A stretch of DNA of 64,000 nucleotides, taken from NCBI GenBank assembly GCA_010015585.1, contig ML975152.1, one strand, 5' to 3'. Source of the stretch: Eremomyces bilateralis CBS 781.70. Taxonomy: Eukaryota. Shown here in pieces: positions 52,149 to 63,104 of the stretch. Each line of letters begins with the position of its first letter. The first letter of the stretch is position 1. The notes beneath the pieces are model-generated. The model searched no databases. It worked only from the letters and a program-made list of their open reading frames with translations, and was not told where the DNA came from. The translations under genes were made by a program, and so were the position numbers.

Positions 52149-53447
52149 ATGGACGACATAGGGGGCGGATCAATCCTCCTCATCCTCAACGTGCCCGAAG
52201 GCTCCCTAATCGGTATCAACCTCCTCTCCTTCACCACCACCCCCCGCTTCCACGGCATCAAGCACCTCCCCCCCGGTTTCCACTTCGTCTTCACCAGCGT
52301 CTCCAACACGCAGTCGATCCGCCAGGGCGTGTGGGTCGAAGTCCCCCGATCCGGATCCCGCGCCATCTCGCAATACGGCCCGCACATAATCTTGAAAAAA
52401 TGGGACCCTACCACCGAAAGCCTTGTGGACGAAACCTCCGACTCTGAACGCCTTCGCCACCGCGCGAACCTCGGCGCCATCTGGCGCGAGGGGCTGGTGC
52501 CGTATCTGCAGAGCGCGGACACCGCGGACGAGGAGGCGCAGGAGCAGGGGAAGGAGGAGTGGGCACAGATGACAACGCATGTGTCCGCGAGGCTGCTGGA
52601 CCGGGTGTTGGGGGAAAGGACGTGGGCGCTCAACTCGGCGAGCACGGCGCCGACGGACGCGGAGAAAATTCCCGGGATATCAGCGGAAGAGCATCAGGAG
52701 AAGGAGTTGGGGTTTTTGGTCGTTGATTTGCGGAGGACGTGGAAGGAGGATGCGACGGGGCGGGAGAGGACGGAGGCGGCGAGGGATCGGAGTTGGGCGT
52801 TGGGGGAGGCGGTGGAGAAGCATTGTTGGGGGAGTTGGGACGAGGTGGTGGGGGAGATGGAGGTGGCGTTTCTTATGGTGATGACGCTGAATAACTACTC
52901 GTGCTTGGAACAGTGGAAGAGACTCTTGGAGCTGGCGATGACGAGCAAGGCGGCGGTGAAGGATCACCCGGGGTTCTTTGTGGATGTGATGGAGATGCTT
53001 AGGTTGCAACTCGAGAAGAGCAGGAATGTTGAAGGCGGTGGGCTGTTCGATTTGTCGGATGATGGAGCGCCATTCCTTAAAGATTTGCTAAAGAAGTTCA
53101 GGAGGGGGTTGGATGATCTGGATGGGAAGGCGAAGGCGGACGTCTTGGATGAGCTGGATGAGCTGGAGCACTACCTCAAGGAAGTCCACAAATGGGAGAT
53201 CGATGCACCGTTTCTCCGGACGGGCATTTTGGAGCTCGAAGACGGCGAGACGGTCGAGATGGATGCAATGGGCAGGGATGACGAGGACGAAGAAGGCGAA
53301 TATGCCCCTCAAATAGTCGAGCTTACAGCAGAGCAAGCCAATGCTCTCGGTCACGATCACCAAGCCAAGAAATCGGAGGACGAGCTAGCACTCGCCGAGG
53401 AAGAAGAGGAAGAGCAAGACCTTGAAGAAATGGATGCGAGGTTTTGA
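52149..53447 (+). CDS. AAR2: U5 snRNP assembly factor Aar2
   Basis: Motifs LIGINLLSF..FHGIKHLPPGFHFV, RTEAARDRSWAL, GEMEVAFL, LEQWKRLL, acidic tail. Confidence 0.88.
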   Translation: MDDIGGGSILLILNVPEGSLIGINLLSFTTTPRFHGIKHLPPGFHFVFTSVSNTQSIRQGVWVEVPRSGSRAISQYGPHIILKKWDPTTESLVDETSDSERLRHRANLGAIWREGLVPYLQSADTADEEAQEQGKEEWAQMTTHVSARLLDRVLGERTWALNSASTAPTDAEKIPGISAEEHQEKELGFLVVDLRRTWKEDATGRERTEAARDRSWALGEAVEKHCWGSWDEVVGEMEVAFLMVMTLNNYSCLEQWKRLLELAMTSKAAVKDHPGFFVDVMEMLRLQLEKSRNVEGGGLFDLSDDGAPFLKDLLKKFRRGLDDLDGKAKADVLDELDELEHYLKEVHKWEIDAPFLRTGILELEDGETVEMDAMGRDDEDEEGEYAPQIVELTAEQANALGHDHQAKKSEDELALAEEEEEEQDLEEMDARF

Positions 53448-53593
53448 TGAACAGCTTTTACACCTGCTTAAAATGCTATTCTACTGTGACAGGATGTAGA
53501 GGACCAGGCAAAACGGCCGTTCCTCGCGTATTTGGGCGGTTACAAAAGCCACCAGTGCACCACAACCATCGCAAAATCCACCACGATCTCCAT

Positions 53594-54226
53594 CTAGAGA
53601 CGACGACCACGGCGACCTCCCTTCCTGCGCGTGGAATCGGAGGGAGTGGGGGTGACGTCCTCGATACGGCCGATCTTCATGCCTGAGCGAGCAAGAGCTC
53701 GGAGGGCAGATTGAGCACCTGGGCCAGGGGTCTTGGTGCCGTTACCTAGATTGATGTGAGTGAACTATTCGGATTGCTCGAGTGTTATGCGCCACATACC
53801 TCCAGTAGCCCGGATCTTGACGTGCAGAGCGGTGATACCCAGCTCCTTGCAGCGGATGGCGACATCCTGAGCAGCCAACATGGCAGCGTAGGGAGAAGAC
53901 TCGTCACGATCGGCCTTGACCTTCATGCCGCCGGTGACACGAGCGATGGTTTCGCGACCACTGAAATCCGATGTTAGTCTGGTCTCCTGATCCCTGGGAA
54001 TGTCATGTTGTATTCGTCCTACGAACCTGAGATCGGTGACATGGACGAAGGTGTCGTTGAAGGAAGCGAAGATTCGGGCAATACCGAAAACGAGTTCGCC
54101 TGGAGGTGGTATGTTAGCAGTCGATCCCTATACACAGGGAGCGTGATGGAATCGCATACCCTCGCGGACTTGAGGTCCAAGCTGGACATTCTCTTGGGGC
54201 TGAGCGACCCTCTTCTTAGGAGCCAT
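53594..54226 (-). CDS. RPS14: 40S ribosomal protein S14 (uS11), 4 exons; absent from the ORF track
   Basis: Spliced translation [66 protein letters not shown]. Introns 54159-54100, 54026-53961 and 53799-53746. Confidence 0.97.
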
Positions 54227-54664
54227 CTTTATTCGAGATTCTGGTAATGAACTCCTCGTGTGATGGGATGGATGGATGTGTATCAGAATTTCGTGAAGTT
54301 GTGGTCGCGAAAAGTTCGGGGAGGTTTTGGTGGTGGGCGAGGAAGCGAACCGAATGTGGCTAGTGTCTTAATCACGTGCTGTTGGCGCTTGAGCCTCAAC
54401 ACATCTACATTTTCTCGCGTTCACAGAAATTCCGGATTTCTTTAACTTCACATTCCATTCAAGCTTGTTTTCGTTTGTGTTGCGAGGCACCCTTTACTTC
54501 TACCTTTGGTTCTCTGGGTCAATCATCTTCTTGCTTGCGTTCATGTCATCTCAGACATAAACTTTGCCAGTATAGGCGCCTGGAAGTTCGATTTCATGCC
54601 TGTAATGGTGAAGATGACTCGCTCGTAAATTTTCCACCAAGACCCAACCGCATGACCAGTCAAC

Positions 54665-56605
54665 ATGTCAGACATCGCGGTGGGGATCATCGGGATGGGG
54701 GATATGGGGAAGATGTACGCTCGAAGGATAGGCGAAGCCGGATGGACGTAAGTTACTATTGACGAAGAATTCAGGACTGTGTGTCCCGAGCGAAGGTATG
54801 TTTCACTTCTCCTTCTATCTTTCGTCCATTGTATGATGACTTGAGCGCATTTGGCTCGAGTATGGCATTGTCTTTCGACCCGTGTCCGTTTTGGCCATGG
54901 GTTTGATCGACTTCGCTGTCTTTGATGAAAATTCTCAGCTACCTTAACAATTATTTTGTCTGACCCTTCACTTCACCCTACATCGTATCATCGCTAGTCA
55001 GGTCGAAACGATCGCTAACGGTCATGTATAGGCTCTCCAAGTAGTTGTGATCAGTGAAGCTGATTCGAAGGCTACCTTAGTGTCTATGCTTGTGATGTCC
55101 CAGAGAAGTACGAGGAATTACGCGAGGAATTCCAGACACATGTATGATTATCTAGTAGCCCGCCAAGGAAGAAATCAATTTATTCACATATCCTGTAGAA
55201 AAATGTCCATATCATGGAGAGCGGTCATCTCGTCTCGCGGTGTAGCGATTGGATCATGTACAGCGTCGAAGCCAAGAGCATCGGCGCGGTTGTTGCGCAA
55301 TTTGGTCCTTGTAAGGAGCGCCATCTATCACGACGTGTGATACAGGCTGACGTTGATGAAGCTACCAAAGTCGGAGCGATTGTTGGCGGGCAAACGTCAT
55401 GCAAAGCTCCCGAAATCGAAGCGTTCGAGACGTATCTGCCCAAAGATGTCGATATTGTCTCCTGCCACTCGCTCCATGGGCCCGCTGTTGACCCAAAGGG
55501 CCAGCCTCTGGTAAGTGTCCGTGGTATTCCATGATGGCAGCAATTGATTAGCATTTCCTAGGTCATAATCAAACACCGGGCGTCAGAAAAGAGCGCCCAG
55601 CTGGTCGAGAACATCCTATCCTGCTTCGAGTCGAAGACGGTCCATCTGACCGCCGAACAACACGACCGCATCACAGCGGATACGCAAGCCGTGACCCACG
55701 CTGCATTCCTCAGGTACGTCCTCGACTTGATAGTTCAATTCTATATGAAGCACTGACGTATGGGGTCACAGCATGGGCGCCGCCTGGCAAGCCAACCAAC
55801 AATTCCCCTGGGAGATCGCCCGCTACATCGGCGGGATCGAAAACGTCAAGATCAACGTCGCCCTGCGGATCTACTCCAACAAATGGCACGTATACGCCGG
55901 GCTCGCAATGCTCAACCCGTCCGCGAAGATCCAGATCCAGCAATACGCGACGTCGGTGACGGAGCTGTTCAAGCTAATGCTCAGCGGAAGACGAGCGGAA
56001 CTGACCGACCGGATCAAGGCGGCGGGGGCGGCAGTGTTCAAGGAGAGAGGGAACGACCCGGACTTGTTGCTGAAGGACGAGGTGCTGGATCGGTTCTCGT
56101 TGGGGGAGCTGCCGCCGGAGAAGGTGCCGAATAACCATCTGTCGCTGTTGGCGATGGTGGATTGTTGGTGGAAGTTGGGGATCGTGCCGTATGATCATAT
56201 GATTTGCTCGACGCCGGTGAGTTGGAGATGAGATCGTTAAATTCGTTCAATAACTAATTAGCGCGCAGCTCTTTCGCCTCTGGTTGGGGATCACCGAATA
56301 TGTGTTCCGAAATCCAGAGCTGCTTCAGGAGTGCATTGACACCTCCATTGAGGACAACACGTTCCGTATGGACGACCTTGAGTTCACATTTGCTGCCCGC
56401 GTAAGTTTCTCAGCACCGAATCTGTGTCAAGTCGCTCACCGCTTTTCAGGACTGGAGCCAACGAGTGCTCCTCGGAAACATGGATGTGTATCGGGAGAAG
56501 TTCGAGACGATACAGGCGTACTTCTCCCCACGATTCCCCGAAGCGACGAAGTTGGGAAATGAAATGATCAAGACAATACTTGAGAAGACGAAGGAGAAGG
56601 AGTGA
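54665..56605 (+). CDS. TYR1: Prephenate dehydrogenase (NADP+), multi-exon
   Basis: Motifs VGIIGMGDMGKMYA, GGQTSCKAPEI, SCHSLHGP, HDRITADTQAVTH, GGIENVKIN, NNHLSLLAMVDCW. First intron 54748-55080. Confidence 0.95.
54828..54966 (+). ncRNA. snR13: Intronic box C/D snoRNA, snR13-like
   Basis: Box C ATGATGA at 54833-54839, C' TGATGA at 54923-54928 and box D CTGA at 54960-54963. GCATTTGGCT (54847-54856) and GCTACCTTAA (54938-54947) are complementary to LSU rRNA UUAAGGUAGCCAAAUGC. The layout matches yeast snR13 as recalled; ends approximate. Confidence 0.85.
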
Positions 56606-57412
56606 TACTTATAGCTATGCTTACCGTACGACCGTAACTTGTCATGAGTTCAACACCGATGAATAAGATAGATCAATGATATGATATGCTTTGAAGCATA
56701 TCGTCTTCGCTATCAACAATAGCAATTGCATTGATTTTAACATGGCAAATTGATAGTGTTCGGGCGTCGGAGTTGGCTGAATACGGCAACCTAAACGATT
56801 AATATGACCATTTGAAATCAAATCGTCACATCTGATTCGCTATAGCACATGGAATTTTTGGATTGTCATGCAGCCCCACTGCCATGCTGCAACAACCATC
56901 AGATCTCATGTGGCCTGAACATCCTTCATGTCCTGCCCATTGTAGGCTGTAGTTGTATGCGGCACGGCCTGTTTCGGCAAAACGGCACATTTTTGCAGGA
57001 AAATCCGGGGATGTCGCCTCGATACCCTGCCCAGTGCCCAACACTGCACGTACCGTACTACCGTGCCAGTATGGGGTCGCAACCCTCCTGCTGCAACGAT
57101 TTCGGCAAACATACGCGGGGTTAATGAGGCAGGATGGGATATCATCTGGCGTCGGTCCACTCCTTACTTATGGTTGCATAAACGAAATTCGATTCTCTAC
57201 TGTCTTTACCGTCTACCTGTGGCAGCACACGCTTAGTTTTGCCAAGCACAGTTGGGTGAGCGAGACGAGATTTGTTCCAGACAAGTGACTGAACGGTCAA
57301 CATTTCCCCACATTCTTGCCAAGCGCGCTATCTCCGTCTTCCGTCCGAAGTCTTCCAAATTCCAATCCATTTCCCCTTCAGGGCATTCGAGAATTTCGAA
57401 CTGGCGGTGGCG

Positions 57413-58919
57413 ATGAGTGAAAAGTCGCAGTACGCTGCAAAATCGAGCTCGGCGGATGTGACGCTCAATGGGAACGGCCTCCCCGTGGGGCGGGCCATCG
57501 ACGAAGAAAAGCAATTGGGCCGGTCGAAAGAGCAAGGGAAGCAGGAGGACTATGAACAGGTGGTGCATGCCGAATATGAGGAGTCCACCGGACCGGAAGA
57601 CGTGACGGGTGAGCCGGCGGTGCGGATTGACTCCGTCAACAACCTCGATACGATCCCGAACGGGGGACTTCGCGCGTGGTGCCAGGTTGCGGGGAGCTTC
57701 TTCCTGTTTTTTAATACCTGGGGCATCATCAATTCGTTCGGCGTCTTCCAGGCGTTCTACACCACCGATTTCCTAAAGAGTATGACGCCGTCGACCATCG
57801 CGTGGATCGGGTCGATACAGGCGTTCCTGCTGCTGATGGTGGGGGCGCTGACGGGGCCGCTGTACGATGCCGGCTACTTTAGGTGGCTGCTCCGGATTGG
57901 GAGCGTGTTGATCGTGTTCGGGATGATGATGCTGAGCTTGGCCACGACGTATTGGCAGGCGTTGCTCGCTCAGGCGATTTGCGTGGGGCTGGGGATGGGG
58001 TGTCTGTTCGTTCCGTCCGTGGCGATATTGTCCACATACTTCACCACCAAGCTGGCATTTGCCATGGGGCTTGCTGCGTCAGGGAGTAGTTTCGGTACGT
58101 TCATCTTCCCTCTCTTTATGCCGGTCGACAGAGTCAATGTGGTTCGGCAAGAACTAACAATCATCAGGTGGCATCATTTATCCGATCCTCTTGAACAAGC
58201 TCATTCCCAAGTTGGGATTCGGATGGTCAGTACGAATATTCGCATTCATCGCCATGGCGACATTAATCGTGCCGAATACCTTTATGAGAGTTCGCGTGCT
58301 TCCAGACGAAAAGAGAAAGCTGTACGACATGACTGCGTGGAGGGAGCGGCCCTTCGTCTATTATGTGATCGGAGGCTTTTTCGGTTTCATGGGTCTCTAC
58401 TGCCCATTCTATTACATGCAGTCCTTCTCTCTCTACCACGGCATTGCGGACAAGGAACTGGCCTTCTATTTCCTGGCCATTATCAACGCCGCGTCGACCT
58501 TCGGCCGGATTCTTCCGAACTTCGTCGCGGACAAAGCCGGGCCGCTGAACATTCTCATGCCGTGTGCGGTTCTCACGGGCGTAGTGGAGCTCGGCCTGAT
58601 CGGTTGCCGAGATCTGGCCAGCCTCATTGTCATCTGCGTGCTCTTCGGGTTCTTCTCGGGGACGTTTGTGTCGTTGTCCCCCGCGGCTCTGGTCCAAATT
58701 ACACGGAATCGTGGAATGATAGGTACGAGAATGGGCATGTGCTTCACTGTTACCTCCTTCGGAACGCTCGTCGGCATGCCCATTGCCGGTGCGATCCTGA
58801 CCGCGTCCTCGTATACTTACATCTGGGTATTCGGCGGTGTCCTTACCATTGTTGGCGCTTCCTTTATGGCTACGGCCCGAGTAGCCCACGTTGGGTGGGG
58901 CCTCACCACCAAAGCATGA
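57413..58919 (+). CDS. MFS monocarboxylate-transporter-like protein (Mch family), 2 exons
   Basis: Motifs PNGGLRAWCQVAGSF, NTWGIINSFGVFQ, GPLYDAG, NAASTFGRILP, GTRMGM. Intron ~58095-58167. Confidence 0.92.
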
Positions 58920-59971
58920 GAACCAAATCCAGAATCCAAGAAGGATGTGAAGCTCGGATATTGGTCAACGATGAAGCTCCTCCGCTGCAACCGGATGTGT
59001 CGGTCACCGAGTCGACACGGTTGAAGGGCATGGCCTGCTCAAGAGGGAGTTCGGCATTCGCGACGGTCGCCGAGGATGGCGATTCCAGCGCGCTGCAGGA
59101 ATGGAAGAAGAAGTGGGAGGAATAGAAAAGCGCGGTTATATGCTACTGTCAGCTGACGAGACGAGCTCTTCAAGTGAGTGAGCATCGGTAATCGTTGTGT
59201 GTGTAATCATGGAGCGTGGATGCGCCCTTGTCAGACCAGGGATATACCGATCTGTAGGTGTTTGAAATGAAATGACGACGAAGGTTTGATGCGACAATGA
59301 CTTGGACATAGACATACAATACAGGTAAATAATTACGGTTACATACTGGTATGAGGGTGACTTGATTTCCGAGTATATAGATGGAACCAGTGATTTTGTA
59401 TCCGACCATCGTGTGCCGTGAAGATGGGATGGGATGTGGTTACAGGCAAGATAGCCGAAAATATGCGACTCCTGAAATCTGGATAGTTGATACGTGTACC
59501 TCTATCCATCCTGCATCATGCAAGGTGATTTCTTGAGGAGTTGGGGCCAGAATGTCGAGCTGAAAGGGCTGAGGTAGATGGAAGGGTGGAAGTTGGGAAC
59601 AGAATCAATGGAACGCGGGGCGATGGACGGATCGGGCGAAGTTGGTCTTCTACGTCTTCCACTCATGTCTCATTCCCACTCTTCGACCAGCGCTCCAACG
59701 TGAGCAAACACATGAAGTACCAGCTACGGTACGTATCAAAGTATGATCCCTACCAATTACTTCGTTGAATGAACAGCATACCGTACACTGGATTCCGTGC
59801 TCCCTCTGTCACCCTGTCCCCTCATCCATACCTCCCTTACCACCTTCATCTAATACCGCAAATACATCATCATCAAACCCATTTCCGACCCCGGATTCCT
59901 CGCATGCGATTTACTACTCCTCAATCCCGTCCACCGACACTCGCTACTAAAGATTCCACTCTTCCATCCTA

Positions 59972-60022
59972 GTCACCGTCACCGTCACCGTATCAGCGGT
60001 ATCAGCGGTATCAGCGGTATCA
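59972..60022. repeat. Adjacent short tandem repeats (GTCACC x3, GTATCAGCG x3) upstream of SIP5
   Basis: Read directly from the sequence. Confidence 0.8.
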
Positions 60023-60307
60023 CTCCTCGTCATACCTGTCGCAAAACCTGCCCAACCGCCGTCTCCGTTGCTCCTACATGAGCCTATCCCTGTGACACCC
60101 TCTCACACGACACCCCATTTCAACATATTCTTCTGATATCTACCATCTTATCATCCACCTGGTTTTCCTATCTGCCGATCACGCTCCGCCTGGGGCTCAT
60201 CCTGGACCTCACGAGATAGATTACATCCTTCTCCTCCGCACTCTGGTCCTCGCGCCATCCACCCTGTTCCCACGGTCGCTGATCGAAGCTAACCCATCCA
60301 CATCACA

Positions 60308-62705
60308 ATGGGTAATAGCAACACGAAAGAAGCACGGCCGCCGGGATCAAGTAGACACAATCCTTCCGGTCATTCTCACTCTCCGACCGCATCCGGCGCA
60401 CCGGCGAGCTCATCCCAAGTATCCTCCTCGGGCGGGGTCTACACACATACATCGAGCGGCGGGCGACGGAGTCGGCATGATTTGTTCCTAGGACTACGCG
60501 GCAATGCCGATGTGGACCCGTCGGCGCCGGAGGCTCGACGGGAGACGAAGGCGGAGAGAGAGGCACGGAAGTTGGAGAAGGAGCGGGCCGCGAGGTTGAA
60601 GGAGCGTGAACGGAGCATGAGGGAAGAAGGGGTTGACGGTGGGTATTTGGTAACGGTGGGCGTGTATACAGGTCCCGAGGATTTCAGTAAACCGATTGTG
60701 CGGCAGTTGATGGTGAGTATGGGCTATGCGTGGTGACGAGACACAAACTGACAGGATGTTGTAGATCGAACGACGGATTGCACCTTTCTGGCGAGGGCTC
60801 AACAATCATGAAGACTCATGGACCGAACATCAACTGGTCGCTGCAGCAAAGGGACTACCCATACCTGCTGCCGATGAGATTCCTGAGGAAGATGGTTCGC
60901 GACGGACGTCAGTACATGACACTAGCCCACGACAATCCGACACCAACATCAATAGCCTCACCATTCCCATCACCGGACGATCCCCATCCCACAGCTCAGA
61001 GACAAACCTTGCTCCCTCACATCCCGCCTTCTCCTTGCCCTCCCCTCCCTCACCCTTCGGATCGCCACCAGCGTCAACAAACTCACCATTCTTTAGGGGC
61101 AGAGCCAAGACTCTCGCGGTTCTAACCACCTCCCGAAATAGCTCGCAGTCCGAGATGGTGCAACAGGAGATCCAATTACCGAAAGAACCTTACGTGAACG
61201 GGCAACGGGTCGAGGCCTTCCTCTACAAGGATGCTGCCGAATGCCCCATCTGCTTCCTATACTATCCTCCATGGCTGAACAAGACCCGATGTTGCGACCA
61301 ACCGATCTGCTCCGAGTGTTTTGTCCAGATCAAACGGCCTGACCCTCACCCTCCCGAACACCACGATGACGACCCGAGCAATACGACCCAGCAAGCGGAA
61401 AGCAGCGCCGCCGCCGCCGCAAACGAAGACTATCAGCTCGTTTCCGAACCGTCAACCTGCCCGTTCTGCAAAATGCCGGAATTCGGTGTAACCTTCGACC
61501 CGCCACCTTTCCGACGAGGCCTAGCGTATGCCAATCCTGGTGCCCCTGGGAACCCGCTCGCCTCCGCCGCCTCTGCCATGTCTTCGTCCAGTTCCTTGAA
61601 CTCGCAAGGTCTGACGTCACCGGGAGGATCCAGTTCACAGAACCGGCGACGAACCACTTCGCTTTCTGCGTCGGCGCCTCAGGTCATCACGACGGACCGC
61701 GTGCGACCCGACTGGGCGAAAAAGCTGTCCGATGCCCGTGCGCAAGCGTTACGACGCGCTGCTGCGGCTACTGCTCTTCACAATGCTGCTTACGTTCTGG
61801 GAAATGTTGGTGGCAGTGATGGTCGGGGCACATTTGGCCGGCGTAGTAGAAGGCCCTTGTTCGGTGGCAATGGACAGGGACTTGGCGATCAAAGTCCTGG
61901 GAGTGGAACTGGGGGAAGCGGCTCTGGGACACCGAGACATGGTGATGGTAAGTCTTCACGCTGTCACACCGCTTCTATTCTGACCGTACCTAACGTACCA
62001 ATGGCCCAATCAAACACCCCAGGCGGCGCGTCTGATCTCCCCCCGCCGCGAAACACCTCCCGCCGCGCTCGCATCGAAGACATTGAAGAGCTCATGATGA
62101 TGGAAGCCATCCGCCTCTCACTTCAAGCCGAAGAAGAGCGCAAGAAGAAAGAAGAGAAAGAGCGCGAGAAAGACGCCAAGAAAGAAGAGAAGCGACGCAA
62201 GAAGGAGGAGAAGAAATCCCGCAAATCCTCCGGCGGTTCCTCCTCCTCTGTGAACCTATATGCCACCCCCGTCCACAACGCCAGCACCGCCTCCGACCTC
62301 GCCTCGGCCCCCTCCGCCCCCTCCGCCTCGGGAACCACCATCCCCAGCGCCACGCTTCCCGGCAAGGGAAAGGCGCCCGTCGGAGGCGATCCATCGCGAA
62401 GCATCAGCGTCGAGAGCGCCACGTCCTCTTCGGCCCACGACCTCGCCGCGTTGTCCAGCGGCCCGCAAGCGCATCTAGAGCAGTCGCGCGCGACGCTTGC
62501 TGCGCACAACCACCTCGGCGACGTCCATATCCCGCAGCCGAGCTTGCTAGCGTCGCATCAGGGGATGTTAGAGGGTGCAGAGGCGGATGCGCGTGGTGAG
62601 GAGGTGGGAGATGAGGCGGAGGGAAGGGTGGAAGGGGAGGGGAGGGGAGAAGATGGTGCTGTGGGAGAGGGGAATGGGGAGGAGGTGAAGACATCGATGG
62701 TGTAG
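60308..62705 (+). CDS. SIP5: Sip5-like protein (Snf1/Reg1-interacting, RING-like)
   Basis: MGNxxTK start, VDGGYLV..YTGPEDF, RRIAPFWRGL, ECPICFLYYP..TRCCDQPICSECFVQIKRPDPH, IEELMMMEAIRLSL. Intron 60713-60765. Confidence 0.9.
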
Positions 62706-63104
62706 GGTTTGGATGCAAGGCGATCCTTCGTAGTCGCCAAGGGACATGTCAGGCCGACTTTCCAATTAGGCTGCATTGCTGGGTGGGTTCGTTTTTAGAT
62801 GTGTTATATGATCGGAGTCGGGCATTCTCATTGCCGCGAAGGAGGCTTCATTATGTGTTACGGAGCATACGAAATCAACGGTATAGACCAGGTGTCTCAT
62901 CACTAAATCAGATATAGACAAGGCGTTTATTTCCCATGGGCGAAAACCCGGTCGCCGATCTTGTCGTCCCCGAGTGATCGATGGATCTATACCGTCCAAA
63001 TCCACAATGATACTAACTAGACTCCCATTCTCAGACTCCGAAACCCGCCAAATCCCTCAACGCCCGGCTTTCCAAGACATAGGATACTTGCATTCAGAAG
63101 GCCA

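Noticed and set aside
53444..54247. Three short plus-strand ORFs
   Set aside because: They are antisense shadows of the spliced RPS14 gene.
54748..54795. Possible micro-exon after CAG at ~54775 in TYR1 intron 1
   Set aside because: It would require an upstream intron of under 30 nt and a peptide not expected in Tyr1. Nesting explains the signals better.
57407..59125. 572-aa ORF in the track
   Set aside because: It reads through the intron into a wrong frame. The real protein is the 2-exon MCT-like MFS ending at 58919.
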